A program made the position numbers and the translations under genes. From an uncultured delta proteobacterium (GTDB lineage: Bacteria; Desulfobacterota; Desulfomonilia; UBA1062), in NCBI GenBank assembly GCA_963798485.1, contig CAWCTR010000009.1:1-64000 (forward strand): a DNA stretch of 64,000 nucleotides. Reading direction: 5' to 3'. Position 1 is the stretch's first letter; each line of letters starts with the position of its first letter. Below are positions 52,708 through 64,000 of the stretch, piece after piece. The notes under the pieces were generated by a model. The model made no database searches and had not been told where the DNA came from. It saw nothing but the letters and a program-made list of their open reading frames with translations.

Positions 52708-54858
52708 TTAAGCCTCGCCCTCTTGGGCCTTCTTGCCCTTGAGATCGATGCCCGCGGCCCTGGCCACCAGGGTCGCGATATCCGCCGATTGGAGCTTTTC
52801 GCTGAGCTCCAGCTCCTTGATACCATCGCTCAGCATGGTGAAACAGAACGGGCATGCAGTGCATATCGTCTTTGCACCGGCATCCAGGGCCTCGTTGGTC
52901 CTCTTCTGGTTGATCCTTGTGCCCAGGTCCTCCTCCATCCACATCCTGCCTCCGCCTGCGCCGCAGCAGAAGCTCTTCTCATGGTGGCTCTTCATCTCCA
53001 CCATGGGGCTCGAGCTGATGGCCTTGAGGATGTCGCGCGGCTGGTCGTAGACCTTGTTGTAACGGCCCAGATAGCAGGAGTCGTGATAGGTAATGGTGCC
53101 GAGGTCGCTGATGCGTTCTTTGATCTTGATCTTGCCGCTCTTGATGAGCGTATCGAGGATCTCCGTATAGTGATAGACCTCGAAATTGCCGCCGAGCTCT
53201 TTATAGTCGTACTTCAGGGTATTGAAACCATGGGGGCACAGGGTGATGATCTTGCTCACGTTATAGCCCTTGAAGGTTTCGATGTTGGCCATGGCCAGGG
53301 CCTGATAGATATACTCGTTTCCGAGCTTCTTGGCCGAGTCTCCGCAGCAGCCCTCCTCGGTGCCGAGGATTGCATAGTCGAGCCCTGCCGCTTCAAAGAT
53401 CTTAGCCAATGAGACTGCCACACGCTTGTTCAGGTCATCGAATGCGCCTGCGCAGCCCACATAGAAGAGGTACTCGGCGCTGCCCTTCTCGGAAAGCAAC
53501 GGGATCCCGAGGTCTTTGGCCCAATCGGCGCGGGTATGGGCGCCGATGCTCCACGGGTTGGAGTTATTCTCCATGCCCTTGAATACACCCATAAGCTCGG
53601 GGGCGAAGTCGGACTCCATCATGACCATGTAACGCCTGAGCTCAATGAGCTTCGGGAACTGGAGAAGATAACACGGACAGGCCTCGACGCAGGCCATACA
53701 GGTGGTACAGGCCCAGGCGGTTTCCTTTTCGATACAGTCGCCAATGAGCTTGGGACCGGTATATTCCTCATCCGGTATGATGCGGTAGCTGCCGTCGGCA
53801 TCGATTGCGAACTTGGCCTTCTCTTCGAGATAGGTCCTGATATTCTGGATGACGTCCCTCGGTTTCAAAGGCTTGTCGGTATTGAATGCAGGACAAACCT
53901 CCACACACCTTCCGCACCTGATGCAAGCCTCTTGGTCGAACAGGTCTTTCCACGAGTATTCCTCAACGTTGTGAATGCCGAAGGTCTCGGCGCACTCGAA
54001 CATCTCAGGCGGCATGACCCTGATGGGGGGCACATCGGCGGTTGAACGGAGAAATATGTTCGCCGGCGTCATGAAGATGTGCAGGAGCTTGGTATAACCG
54101 ATATAGACGAAGAAGGTGAGCGCCATGAGCACATGGACCCACCAGAGCAGATAATGGGTTCCCCTGATAGCATGTTCGCTCGTACCCGAGAAGAGATATG
54201 CAACGATCCTGCCTCCCGGAGAGAACCACACATATTTATACATGATGCTCGTGGGGTTCAGCTCAACGGCTTGCATCCTCAGGCCTTCTATGAAGAATCC
54301 CGTCACCAGGATGGCAAGGATGAACCACAGGGTGATGTTATCCTCGGGCTTCTGGTCAAGCCAGTTCGGCTTCATCACGTATCTCCGGTACAACGCCATG
54401 AGGATACCGACAATGGCGAGCATGCCGAATACATTGGCAAAGAGCTTCATGATGAGGTAGAACTTCCCCTTCATAAACCAGATGCCGGTAATAGGAAAGA
54501 AGATGTCCGCCTGGAAGAACACGATGGCGGTCGTGATGGTCAGCGCTATGAACCCATAGAAGATGAACAAATGGAATATGCCCTGATAGGGTTCCCTAAG
54601 GATCTTCCTATGTCCGAATACATCACCGAATGCGAACCAGAACCGGCCCCACAGGTCATCGAGCCTGTTACTCTCCGTGCCGGTGGCCTTCATCATCACC
54701 TTCACTCGTGTCCAGAACCCTCCCTTGTAAAGAGCCCTGCCTAACAGCACGAATGACGTAAGGGCTAATATATAGAGGATAATCTGTTCCGTATAGGAAC
54801 CAGGACTTAAGATGTTCCAAAAGACTTCTCTGGTAATTTCTCCCTTTGGACCGTGCAT
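52708..54858 (-). CDS. Membrane Fe-S oxidoreductase (DUF224/FadF/EMO type: cytochrome b-like TM + 2x4Fe-4S + CCG domains)
   Basis: TM His residues, CIRCGRCVEVCP, CTTCMACVEACP, two CCG motifs, YHDSCYLGR. Confidence 0.9.
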   Translation of the reverse strand: MHGPKGEITREVFWNILSPGSYTEQIILYILALTSFVLLGRALYKGGFWTRVKVMMKATGTESNRLDDLWGRFWFAFGDVFGHRKILREPYQGIFHLFIFYGFIALTITTAIVFFQADIFFPITGIWFMKGKFYLIMKLFANVFGMLAIVGILMALYRRYVMKPNWLDQKPEDNITLWFILAILVTGFFIEGLRMQAVELNPTSIMYKYVWFSPGGRIVAYLFSGTSEHAIRGTHYLLWWVHVLMALTFFVYIGYTKLLHIFMTPANIFLRSTADVPPIRVMPPEMFECAETFGIHNVEEYSWKDLFDQEACIRCGRCVEVCPAFNTDKPLKPRDVIQNIRTYLEEKAKFAIDADGSYRIIPDEEYTGPKLIGDCIEKETAWACTTCMACVEACPCYLLQFPKLIELRRYMVMMESDFAPELMGVFKGMENNSNPWSIGAHTRADWAKDLGIPLLSEKGSAEYLFYVGCAGAFDDLNKRVAVSLAKIFEAAGLDYAILGTEEGCCGDSAKKLGNEYIYQALAMANIETFKGYNVSKIITLCPHGFNTLKYDYKELGGNFEVYHYTEILDTLIKSGKIKIKERISDLGTITYHDSCYLGRYNKVYDQPRDILKAISSSPMVEMKSHHEKSFCCGAGGGRMWMEEDLGTRINQKRTNEALDAGAKTICTACPFCFTMLSDGIKELELSEKLQSADIATLVARAAGIDLKGKKAQEGEA

Positions 54859-54890
54859 AGCCCCCCCCTGAATCTTAAATTATATACGTC

Positions 54891-54921
54891 AAGGGGCGGA
54901 CGATATCGCCCGCCCCTTTTT
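54891..54921. terminator. Intergenic hairpin
   Basis: aaggggcgg...ccgcccctt stem between etfA and the oxidoreductase. Confidence 0.5.
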
Positions 54922-54929
54922 GCTTTGTG

Positions 54930-55898
54930 TTAACCTTTTATCTTCTTGACTTCGTCGATGAGCGCCGGGACGACATTGAAGAGGTCATCCACTACACCGT
55001 AGTCGGCCTTCGTGAAGATAGGCGCCTCGGCATCCTTGTTGATGGCAACGATCACCTTGGAGGTACCCATACCGGCCATATGCTGAATGGCCCCGGAGAT
55101 GCCGCAGGCGATGTAAAGGTTCGGGCTTACGGTCTTACCGGTCTGGCCGACCTGGTAGGAATGTCCCCTCCACCCTGCATCGACCGCGGCCCTGGAGGCG
55201 CCGGTGGTGGCAGTGGGGCCGAAGAGGTGCGCGAGGTCTTCGAGCATCTTGTAGTTCTCAGGACCTTTCATACCTCTGCCGCCTGACACAATGATCTCGG
55301 CCTCGGTCTGATCCGGCTCTGTGGTAGCCGCTACCTCAACCGCCTTCACCTTTGCCTTTATCTTGGCTGCATCGAGGCTTACAGCAACCTTCTCGACTGC
55401 TCCTGCCCCTGCGATTTCCTTGGAACCAAGGGCATTCGGCCTGACTGAGACGACCTGGGGGTTGCCCATGGACTCAACCATGGCATAGGCCTTGCCGGCA
55501 TACAATGGTCTCTTGGCGATGATCTTGTCGCCTTCCTTCTTCACGTCAACACAGTCGGAAACGGCGCCCACATTAAGCCTGGCTGCCATCGCCGGAGCAA
55601 AATCCTTGCCCTGTGCGGATGCACTGCAGAAGATTACCGCCGGCTGGACCTTCTGTGCTACCTGGACGAACGCCTGGACAAAGGCCTCGGGGATATAGTT
55701 TTCAAACTCGGGCCCGTCGACCACGTAAATCTTGTCCGCTCCGTACTTTGCAAGCTGCGGAGCCAAAGCCTCTGCGCCCTTGCCGATGACGCATGCGCTG
55801 ACTTCGCCGCCTAATTCCTTGGCCTTGCTGGTTATCTCAAAGGCGCCCTTCTTGATTTCGCCCTTCTGAACTTCCGCGTAAATTAATGTTCCTGGCAT
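54930..55898 (-). CDS. etfA: Electron transfer flavoprotein alpha
   Basis: SGGRG, QVGQTGK, GISGAIQH. Confidence 0.96.
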   Translation of the reverse strand: MPGTLIYAEVQKGEIKKGAFEITSKAKELGGEVSACVIGKGAEALAPQLAKYGADKIYVVDGPEFENYIPEAFVQAFVQVAQKVQPAVIFCSASAQGKDFAPAMAARLNVGAVSDCVDVKKEGDKIIAKRPLYAGKAYAMVESMGNPQVVSVRPNALGSKEIAGAGAVEKVAVSLDAAKIKAKVKAVEVAATTEPDQTEAEIIVSGGRGMKGPENYKMLEDLAHLFGPTATTGASRAAVDAGWRGHSYQVGQTGKTVSPNLYIACGISGAIQHMAGMGTSKVIVAINKDAEAPIFTKADYGVVDDLFNVVPALIDEVKKIKG

Positions 55899-55916
55899 GA
55901 TTGTCCCCTCCTCACC

Positions 55917-56693
55917 TTAGATGATCTTCACTTCTTCATGCAAGGCCTTTGCAAGAGCTGCCGCCTTGACCTTTGCATCGTCGCCCGTGATGATCTTGCC
56001 AGCCTGGCGGGCCGGAGGCAAAGACATCTCCTTAACAACCGTCATGGGGCCTGTGCTCACGCCGAGTCCGCCCGCATTCTTCACGTCAACGGGTTTCTTC
56101 TTGGCCTTCATGATGCCGGGCAGTGAAGCGTACCGTGGCTCGTTCAGACCTTTCTGGGCCGACAACACGGCCGGAAGCGGGACATCAAGGACCATCTGGC
56201 CGCCTTCGATCTCTCTGGTTACCGTGGCGCTCTTCTTGTCGGCCGCAACATCCAGCTTGATCACCTGGGTCACCACGGGCAGACCGAGCAGCTCGCCGAG
56301 CATTGCCGGGACCTGGCCGCAGTCGTCATCAATGGCCTGCTTGCCAAGGAACACTGCGTCATAGGTAAGCCCCTTGATGGCTGCCGCCAGGACCTGGGCC
56401 GTTGCATACGGATCGGCCTTGTCGTAGTAAGCGCCGTCATTGATGTGGACTGCATCGTCGGCACCCATAGCCAATGCGGTGCGGATAGACTCGATGGCCC
56501 TGTCGGGACCGAGCGTAACGATGGTCACTTTGCCTGCATTCATCTTCTCCTTCATACGGATTGCCTCTTCAACGGCAAACTCGTCAAAAGAAGAGATGAC
56601 CCACTTGATTCCTTCTGCTGCGATTGTCGTACCTGCTATCTTGATCAATGTCTCGGTATCAGGTACCTGTTTCAAGCAAACAACAGTATTCAC
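55917..56693 (-). CDS. etfB: Electron transfer flavoprotein beta
   Basis: KQVPDT, ALAMGAD, GKQAIDDD, NEPRY. Confidence 0.96.
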   Translation of the reverse strand: MNTVVCLKQVPDTETLIKIAGTTIAAEGIKWVISSFDEFAVEEAIRMKEKMNAGKVTIVTLGPDRAIESIRTALAMGADDAVHINDGAYYDKADPYATAQVLAAAIKGLTYDAVFLGKQAIDDDCGQVPAMLGELLGLPVVTQVIKLDVAADKKSATVTREIEGGQMVLDVPLPAVLSAQKGLNEPRYASLPGIMKAKKKPVDVKNAGGLGVSTGPMTVVKEMSLPPARQAGKIITGDDAKVKAAALAKALHEEVKII

Positions 56694-56767
56694 AGTAAAC
56701 CTCCTTCCTCTTTGTTTTTATCCTGTAGGCATCTTTAGTTTATGCCCTGTTTCCCTATGAAACCTGC

Positions 56768-58744
56768 TTACCTATCCTTAAAGACCGGCTTGCGTTTGTT
56801 CTGGAAGGCATCGGTCCCTTCCTTGCCGTCATTCGAGATGGTGACCCTCGCGAAGTTTTCCACCTCGATTTCCAGGCCCTCGTCCATGCTGACATCCAGG
56901 CCCGAGCATGCCGCATCAATGGCCGCACTTACCGAGAGCCTGCTCTTGGATGCTATTACCTTGGCCAGGGCCCTGGCCTCGTCCATGAGGCTGCCCTGAG
57001 GGACAACCTTGTTCACAAGGCTTGCCGCCAAGGCCTCGGCAGGTGTTATATGGTTACCGGTAAGGATCATCTCCAGGGCCTTGCCCTTGCCGACGATCCT
57101 CGGCAGCCGTTGGGTTCCGCCAAAGCCCGGCATTATCCCCAGGTTGATCTCGGGTAATCCCAGACGCGCCTTGTCGGAGGCGATGCGCATATGGCAGGCC
57201 ATGGCCAGTTCGAGCCCGCCGCCAAGGCAGAACCCGTTTATCACGCAGATGATGGGCCTTAATGCGCCTTCAATAGTGTTCATCATGAGGTGGCCCTTGT
57301 GCGCATAGTCTTCTACCTGTTGGATGCTCTTTAATCGCTGGATCTCGCCGATATTGGCGCCGGCGACAAAGGCCTTGCCCTTACCGGTGAGCAGGATCAC
57401 GCGGACAGAGTTGTCCGCACATGCGGCCAGCACCATATTCGTAATGTCGTCTATTGTCTTGATGCTCAGCACGTTCATGGGCGGATTCTCAATGGCCATA
57501 ACTGCAACACCGTCCCCATCAACCTCATAGGTGCAGTTTGCAAAGATGCTCTCGCCCTGGGCGAGTTTGTCCAGGATCGCAGGGGCGCTGAAGCGCTCAG
57601 ACCCGTACTCGTCGGCCAACGCACAGAAGATGTCATGGATCGTTGACCAGCCCACCTTCTCTTCGGCAAAGTGGAGCGGGCCCCAGGAGACCTTGGTGGG
57701 GAAGTTGGTGCCGTAGACCATGCCCGTATCGCAATCATGGGCACTTGCCAGACCCTCGGATACTATCAGGAGCGACTCCCTTATCTGCACGGTTAATAGC
57801 CGCTCAGGAGAGAAGGCAAGACCGCTCATGCCGTTCTTCTTCCTCCATGCGGTCAGAAAGGCTTGCGCCTCCTTGGATGGGGCCTTTGTCTTGCCGGAAT
57901 AGTCATAAAAACCTTTGCCCGTCTTCTGGCCGTACATGCCCTTCTTCACCAGGGCCTTCATGAGTTCCGGCGTAGGTGCCCGGCTGCCGAATGACTCTTC
58001 TAATGACTCGGAGGCGTGCAGGCCGACATCGAGGCCCACAAGGTCCCACAGTGCAAAGGGGCCCATGGGCATGCCGAACGCTACCATGGCCTCGTCGATC
58101 TCCTCCATGGTTGCCTCGCCATCCATCAACGAGAGCACTGCCTCGTTCAGATAGGGGATGAGCACGCGGTTCACGGCAAATCCGGGGCCGTTCTTCACCT
58201 TGATGGGAACCTTATCAATGAACAGCGTGAATTCCATCATGGCATTGACGGTCTGGGCAGAGGTATTCTCGTCGTATATTATCTCCAGGAGCTTCATCAC
58301 AGGGACCGGATTGAAGAAGTGCAGCCCTACGAAACGGTCTTTTTTCTTGATCGTGCCGGCAATTTCAGTGAGCGACAATGATGATGTGTTGGTGGCGAGG
58401 ATCGTCCGTTCGGGGCAGAGCTTTTCGAGCTCTGCAAAGATGACCTGCTTGAGTTTCATGACCTCGGGGACGGCCTCAATAACCAGGTCCACCTCGCTCA
58501 TGAATTTCTTGTCGTATTGAACGGAACCCTTAAGGAGATTCTGTCCGGCCTGGGCCTTCTTCGGGTCGAGTTTGCCCTTGGCGACCAGCTTGTCATAGAC
58601 CGCCTTGGATGTGGCAAGGGCCTTGTCCACGAACTTCTGTTCGACGTCCTTGATGAAGCACTCGATGCCCACTGATGAGAGGACATGGGCAATCCCTCCT
58701 CCCATGGCACCACCACCGATTACAGCGGCCTTCTTAATCTGCAT
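56768..58744 (-). CDS. 3-hydroxyacyl-CoA dehydrogenase (N) / enoyl-CoA hydratase (C) fusion
   Basis: GGGAMGGGIA, HFFNP, PMGP; then AFVAGANI, GGGLELAMAC, PEINLGIMPGFGGTQRL. Confidence 0.92.
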   Translation of the reverse strand: MQIKKAAVIGGGAMGGGIAHVLSSVGIECFIKDVEQKFVDKALATSKAVYDKLVAKGKLDPKKAQAGQNLLKGSVQYDKKFMSEVDLVIEAVPEVMKLKQVIFAELEKLCPERTILATNTSSLSLTEIAGTIKKKDRFVGLHFFNPVPVMKLLEIIYDENTSAQTVNAMMEFTLFIDKVPIKVKNGPGFAVNRVLIPYLNEAVLSLMDGEATMEEIDEAMVAFGMPMGPFALWDLVGLDVGLHASESLEESFGSRAPTPELMKALVKKGMYGQKTGKGFYDYSGKTKAPSKEAQAFLTAWRKKNGMSGLAFSPERLLTVQIRESLLIVSEGLASAHDCDTGMVYGTNFPTKVSWGPLHFAEEKVGWSTIHDIFCALADEYGSERFSAPAILDKLAQGESIFANCTYEVDGDGVAVMAIENPPMNVLSIKTIDDITNMVLAACADNSVRVILLTGKGKAFVAGANIGEIQRLKSIQQVEDYAHKGHLMMNTIEGALRPIICVINGFCLGGGLELAMACHMRIASDKARLGLPEINLGIMPGFGGTQRLPRIVGKGKALEMILTGNHITPAEALAASLVNKVVPQGSLMDEARALAKVIASKSRLSVSAAIDAACSGLDVSMDEGLEIEVENFARVTISNDGKEGTDAFQNKRKPVFKDR

Positions 58745-58769
58745 GGCTTGCGAACCTCCTCAAATTGAT

Positions 58770-59360
58770 TCAGTTATTCCCCTTCACCAGTCCGTTGAGG
58801 AAGGAGTTCCCCACCATAATCGCCACTTCATGGACATCGAAACGTTTGCGCTTGGCCGTTACAAGATAGGTAGAAAGCTCATCCAATGAACCAAAGATAA
58901 CCCTGGCGCAAAGCTCGGGCTTAAGCTCGTCCCGAAATACACCCTGCTGCTGGCCCTGGACGACAATGTCTGCAATGATATTGAGATATGCGAGAAAATG
59001 CTTGTTCTTGTATTCCCGCATGAATTTATTCGACTGTCTGAGCTCGACCTGTATAACCTCTGCCAGCGCCCGGTCGGCCTCTACGATGGTGAGATGGTTG
59101 TCACAAAATTTAATGAGCTTCATGCGCGGGTCGTCGATGGCTTCCAGCTCGGTCTTCACGGTCTTGATGATCCTGGTGAGCTCTTCTTCAAACAGCGAGA
59201 TCAGGATATCGTCCTTGTTCTTGAAATAGAGGTATATGGTCCCGTCAGCCACGTGGGCCTCTCGGGCGATTTCGGACACCTTCGAGTTGTAGAAGCCCTC
59301 CATTGCAAAAACCTGTTTCGCAGCATTCAATATCATACGATATTTTTCTTCACCCCTCAT
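58770..59360 (-). CDS. TetR regulator, Bacillus FadR (YsiA)-like
   Basis: VADGTIYLYFKNKDDILISLF, QVELRQS. Confidence 0.88.
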   Translation of the reverse strand: MRGEEKYRMILNAAKQVFAMEGFYNSKVSEIAREAHVADGTIYLYFKNKDDILISLFEEELTRIIKTVKTELEAIDDPRMKLIKFCDNHLTIVEADRALAEVIQVELRQSNKFMREYKNKHFLAYLNIIADIVVQGQQQGVFRDELKPELCARVIFGSLDELSTYLVTAKRKRFDVHEVAIMVGNSFLNGLVKGNN

Positions 59361-59446
59361 TTTGACCCTTCCTTATCGCGTATGATCTTCATGGCGTGAT
59401 TGCTTCGTGTAAAAAACGCTATAATTACTTAATGATAAATGTTTTG

Positions 59447-59478
59447 CGAGGGGGCTCAGGCATGTCTGAGCCCCCTCG
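59447..59478. terminator. Hairpin after acs
   Basis: cgagggggctcag...ctgagccccctcg. Confidence 0.55.
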
Positions 59479-59492
59479 TACTTTAACTGATC

Positions 59493-61454
<1,962 letters not shown>

Positions 61455-61537
61455 GTAATGCCTCCTTCTTCTAAAGAATATAATTTGCTTGGCATCCGCC
61501 ATTATATATCCAAAGTCATGGTCAAGGTCAAGGAAAA

Positions 61538-61553
61538 ATGAATGATCATTCAT
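61538..61553. promoter_or_regulatory. Perfect 16-bp palindrome, probable TetR/FadR operator
   Basis: ATGAATGATCATTCAT upstream of acs, next to TTGACC...TATAAT on the minus strand. Confidence 0.65.
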
Positions 61554-61647
61554 ATCTTGTTCCGACGCCTCTTTACAGTTCCTTTGCCGGTGAGAATAAT
61601 TGTGGTATAATCAATGCCGATCATAGATGTCACAAAAAGGAGTCTGT

Positions 61648-62898
61648 ATGAGAAAGATACTACCGGTTTTGTCTTTCATGGTGTGCCTCTTGGTTCCTGC
61701 CTTGGCCTTCAGCATGGAGGCAACAGTTGAAATAACAGGCCCTCAGGAGCTGACCTCTTTGAAGTCAGGGATAGAAAAGAGTGTGATAACCCGATGCATT
61801 GCCAAGGGGATCGCACTCGATAAATATCAAAAGATCACCATCTCTTTAAGCAAGTTGGGCGATATTATCTCCTATGATGCATTATTAGACACTAAACCCG
61901 CGAGGGCATTTCACAAGGACCTCAAAGACACCTCCGCCCTGTCCGCAACCATCGACGAAATGATCGATGTAATCTTTTTTGAAACCGGAAAGCCCCAGGC
62001 CGCCGAGCAGAAGCCTTCCAAAGCATTGACGGACCAGGAGAGTGCCCCGAAGATCGTGTTACCCTTCATTGCAACATCCATTGCCGCTATCGGGGACAGG
62101 ATATATGTGAGCGATACAAAGACACTCTATGAACTCAAGGGCGAGAAGACATCCCTCCTGTGGAGGGCGCCCGGGAACAATGAGATCCTCAGGATATATC
62201 CCTATGGCGAATCGATCCTTGTTTTGGCTAAGCTCCTGAATGATTGCAGGACATTCATGATCTTAGGGAAAGAGACAAAAGAACGATGGAGTAAGGCGGT
62301 AATTCCGCTGGGCAGTGGCCTGGTCTCTTCAAACCTGAACTTCGACAGGGTATATGGCGACATTCCATACATATGGTCCAAGGCAACTCAGGTGGCCGGA
62401 ACATCACCACAGATCCCGGATGGCCTTGATGTCGTCAGTTCCCTGTCTTCAGAGGCAATGACCGCATCCACAGGCACCAGGATTTTTACCTACAACCCGA
62501 AGGGTACGATGGTGGTCAGCGACGGCAAATCTATACTATGGACCGATGATACCAGTGCCGGAAACGCCCCCCAGTTCATCGAGGACTTGCCCGTAGATCG
62601 CAGCGATTCCGGAGATGAACCCATTATTCGCTACTACCTGAGACCAAGAATGGTTACGATTGGGTCAAAGATCATCACCTTCAGGAACGGCCAGGGTACA
62701 ACCAAGATGATATCAGGGTTGAATCTGTTTGAGTATTCGCAGGTACTTGCATACACCCAAACAGGAGATAATTTCACTAAAGACGAGCTTGCAACCTTCC
62801 CTGATAATTATTGTCCCGATATTGCTGTTATCCAAGGGAAAGTAGCCGCACTTCTCGTGAAAAACAATGTGACCTACGTGCAGTTTCTCGGACTGTAA
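61648..62898 (+). CDS. Exported hypothetical protein (beta-rich C-terminal part)
   Basis: Signal peptide MRKILPV...ALA; AAGGAG RBS; long ORF. Confidence 0.7.
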   Translation: MRKILPVLSFMVCLLVPALAFSMEATVEITGPQELTSLKSGIEKSVITRCIAKGIALDKYQKITISLSKLGDIISYDALLDTKPARAFHKDLKDTSALSATIDEMIDVIFFETGKPQAAEQKPSKALTDQESAPKIVLPFIATSIAAIGDRIYVSDTKTLYELKGEKTSLLWRAPGNNEILRIYPYGESILVLAKLLNDCRTFMILGKETKERWSKAVIPLGSGLVSSNLNFDRVYGDIPYIWSKATQVAGTSPQIPDGLDVVSSLSSEAMTASTGTRIFTYNPKGTMVVSDGKSILWTDDTSAGNAPQFIEDLPVDRSDSGDEPIIRYYLRPRMVTIGSKIITFRNGQGTTKMISGLNLFEYSQVLAYTQTGDNFTKDELATFPDNYCPDIAVIQGKVAALLVKNNVTYVQFLGL

Positions 62899-62913
62899 CG
62901 GTTAAGAATGCCC

Positions 62914-63114
62914 TTACATGGGCCAGAGGCCCTTTTTCGGCTTCTTACCGGTATCTTTGGATCCGGACTGTTTTGCTGCTTCCTCCTCCAGGTCCGAGTT
63001 CTTAATGGCCATGTCTCGGCTGAAATCAGGGCAGTGGATGCCCGCACCAGGTTTGAATTTCTTATTACAGTCGGCTCTCCATGCACATATGGGGCATAAT
63101 GATCTGTCACTCAT
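62914..63114 (-). CDS. Small Cys-rich hypothetical protein
   Basis: CPICAWRADCNKKF...HCPDF, possible metal-binding motif. Confidence 0.6.
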   Translation of the reverse strand: MSDRSLCPICAWRADCNKKFKPGAGIHCPDFSRDMAIKNSDLEEEAAKQSGSKDTGKKPKKGLWPM

Positions 63115-63294
63115 GCTGCTAGTAATAAAGGGCATTTGGTACGTTGTCAACGGGAAATGAGGTGCACTGAAAAACCTGAAGTCCATAGAAGATTCATTCT
63201 TTATGGGTTGACAGGTAAACCGGCCTACGTTAGTGGTGATAGGATGGTCATATAGTCATACAAGAGATCAATCAGACAGAAGGAGGTACTTGAA

Positions 63295-64000
63295 TTGTAT
63301 AAATCTTATAGTGAAGCCTACCGGCTTTCCCTGGAGGATAAGGACGGCTTCTGGTCGGAAGCGGCTGAAAAGATCCAATGGGAGAAAAAGTGGGACAAGG
63401 TACTGGATGATTCGAAGAAACCATTCTACCGGTGGTTTGCAGGCGGCAGGCTGAACACCTGCTACAATGCCGTCGACTATCATGTAAATAACGGCCGTGG
63501 CGACCAGGTGGCAATCATCTATGACAGCCCGGTGACAGGGATTGTCCGGAAGATAACCTATAAGGAATTCCTGAGCGATGTATCGTTGTGCGCCGGCATG
63601 CTGAAAAACTTGGGCGTGATCAAGGGCGACCGGGTAATCATCTATATGCCCATGATCCCCGAGACCATGGTCGCCATGCTGGCCTGCGCACGCATCGGGG
63701 CGATCCACTCGGTGGTATTCGGCGGGTTTGCCCCCAACGAGCTGGCTGTGAGGATCGAGGATGCCAAGCCTAAAGTCTGCATATCGGGTTCCTGCGGCAT
63801 CGAGCCCAAGGGTGCGATTCCCTACAAACCCCTGCTTGACAAGGCCATCGAGCTGTCATCGCACAAACCCGAAAAGTGCATAATCTTCCAGCGGCCCCAG
63901 GTGAAGGCCGACCTCATACCCGGCAGGGACATCGACTGGGCTGAGGCCGTCAAGGGAGCATCACCTGCGGATTGCGTCATGGTGGATGCTGTCGATCCGC
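63295..64000 (+). CDS. prpE: Propionyl-CoA synthetase-like acyl-CoA ligase (partial, runs off window)
   Basis: TTG start after AGGAGG; FYRWFAGGRLNTCYNAVD, IIYDSPVT, ARIGAIHSVVFGGFA. Confidence 0.8.
   Translation, partial: MYKSYSEAYRLSLEDKDGFWSEAAEKIQWEKKWDKVLDDSKKPFYRWFAGGRLNTCYNAVDYHVNNGRGDQVAIIYDSPVTGIVRKITYKEFLSDVSLCAGMLKNLGVIKGDRVIIYMPMIPETMVAMLACARIGAIHSVVFGGFAPNELAVRIEDAKPKVCISGSCGIEPKGAIPYKPLLDKAIELSSHKPEKCIIFQRPQVKADLIPGRDIDWAEAVKGASPADCVMVDAVDP

Overview
Bacterial chromosomal window, probably an anaerobic Desulfobacterota/deltaproteobacterium (inferred from gene content and rRNA look, not from a search). Left to right: (1) a complete minus-strand rRNA operon (16S-tRNAIle-tRNAAla-23S-5S) whose 3' end is duplicated. 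A slightly diverged second copy of the last ~235 nt of 23S, starting just after the sarcin-ricin loop, plus spacer and 5S lies ~2.1 kb downstream. Between the copies are an intact mazEF pair, a decayed relE/XRE-antitoxin pair and several REP-like palindromes. (2) Two dodecins. (3) A sigma54-driven kdp locus: AlgB/KinB-like two-component pair, soluble KdpD-USP-PTS EIIA fusion, two small membrane peptides and kdpABC with an enlarged KdpC. (4) Radical SAM, DEAD-box helicase, a PEP-CTERM gene with sigma54/PrsR-type sites, an ArsS-like pair, MFS, SPFH and DnaJ-TPR genes. (5) An AT-rich lipid-linked glycosylation island bounded by truncated greB and a decayed tyrosine integrase. (6) RND and ABC efflux cassettes. 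(7) A fatty-acid oxidation cluster: acs, FadR-like TetR, HAD-ECH fusion, etfBA and a DUF224/EMO-type oxidoreductase, then a partial prpE-like gene. The strongest novelty candidate is the 23S-tail/5S duplication enclosing toxin-antitoxin cargo.
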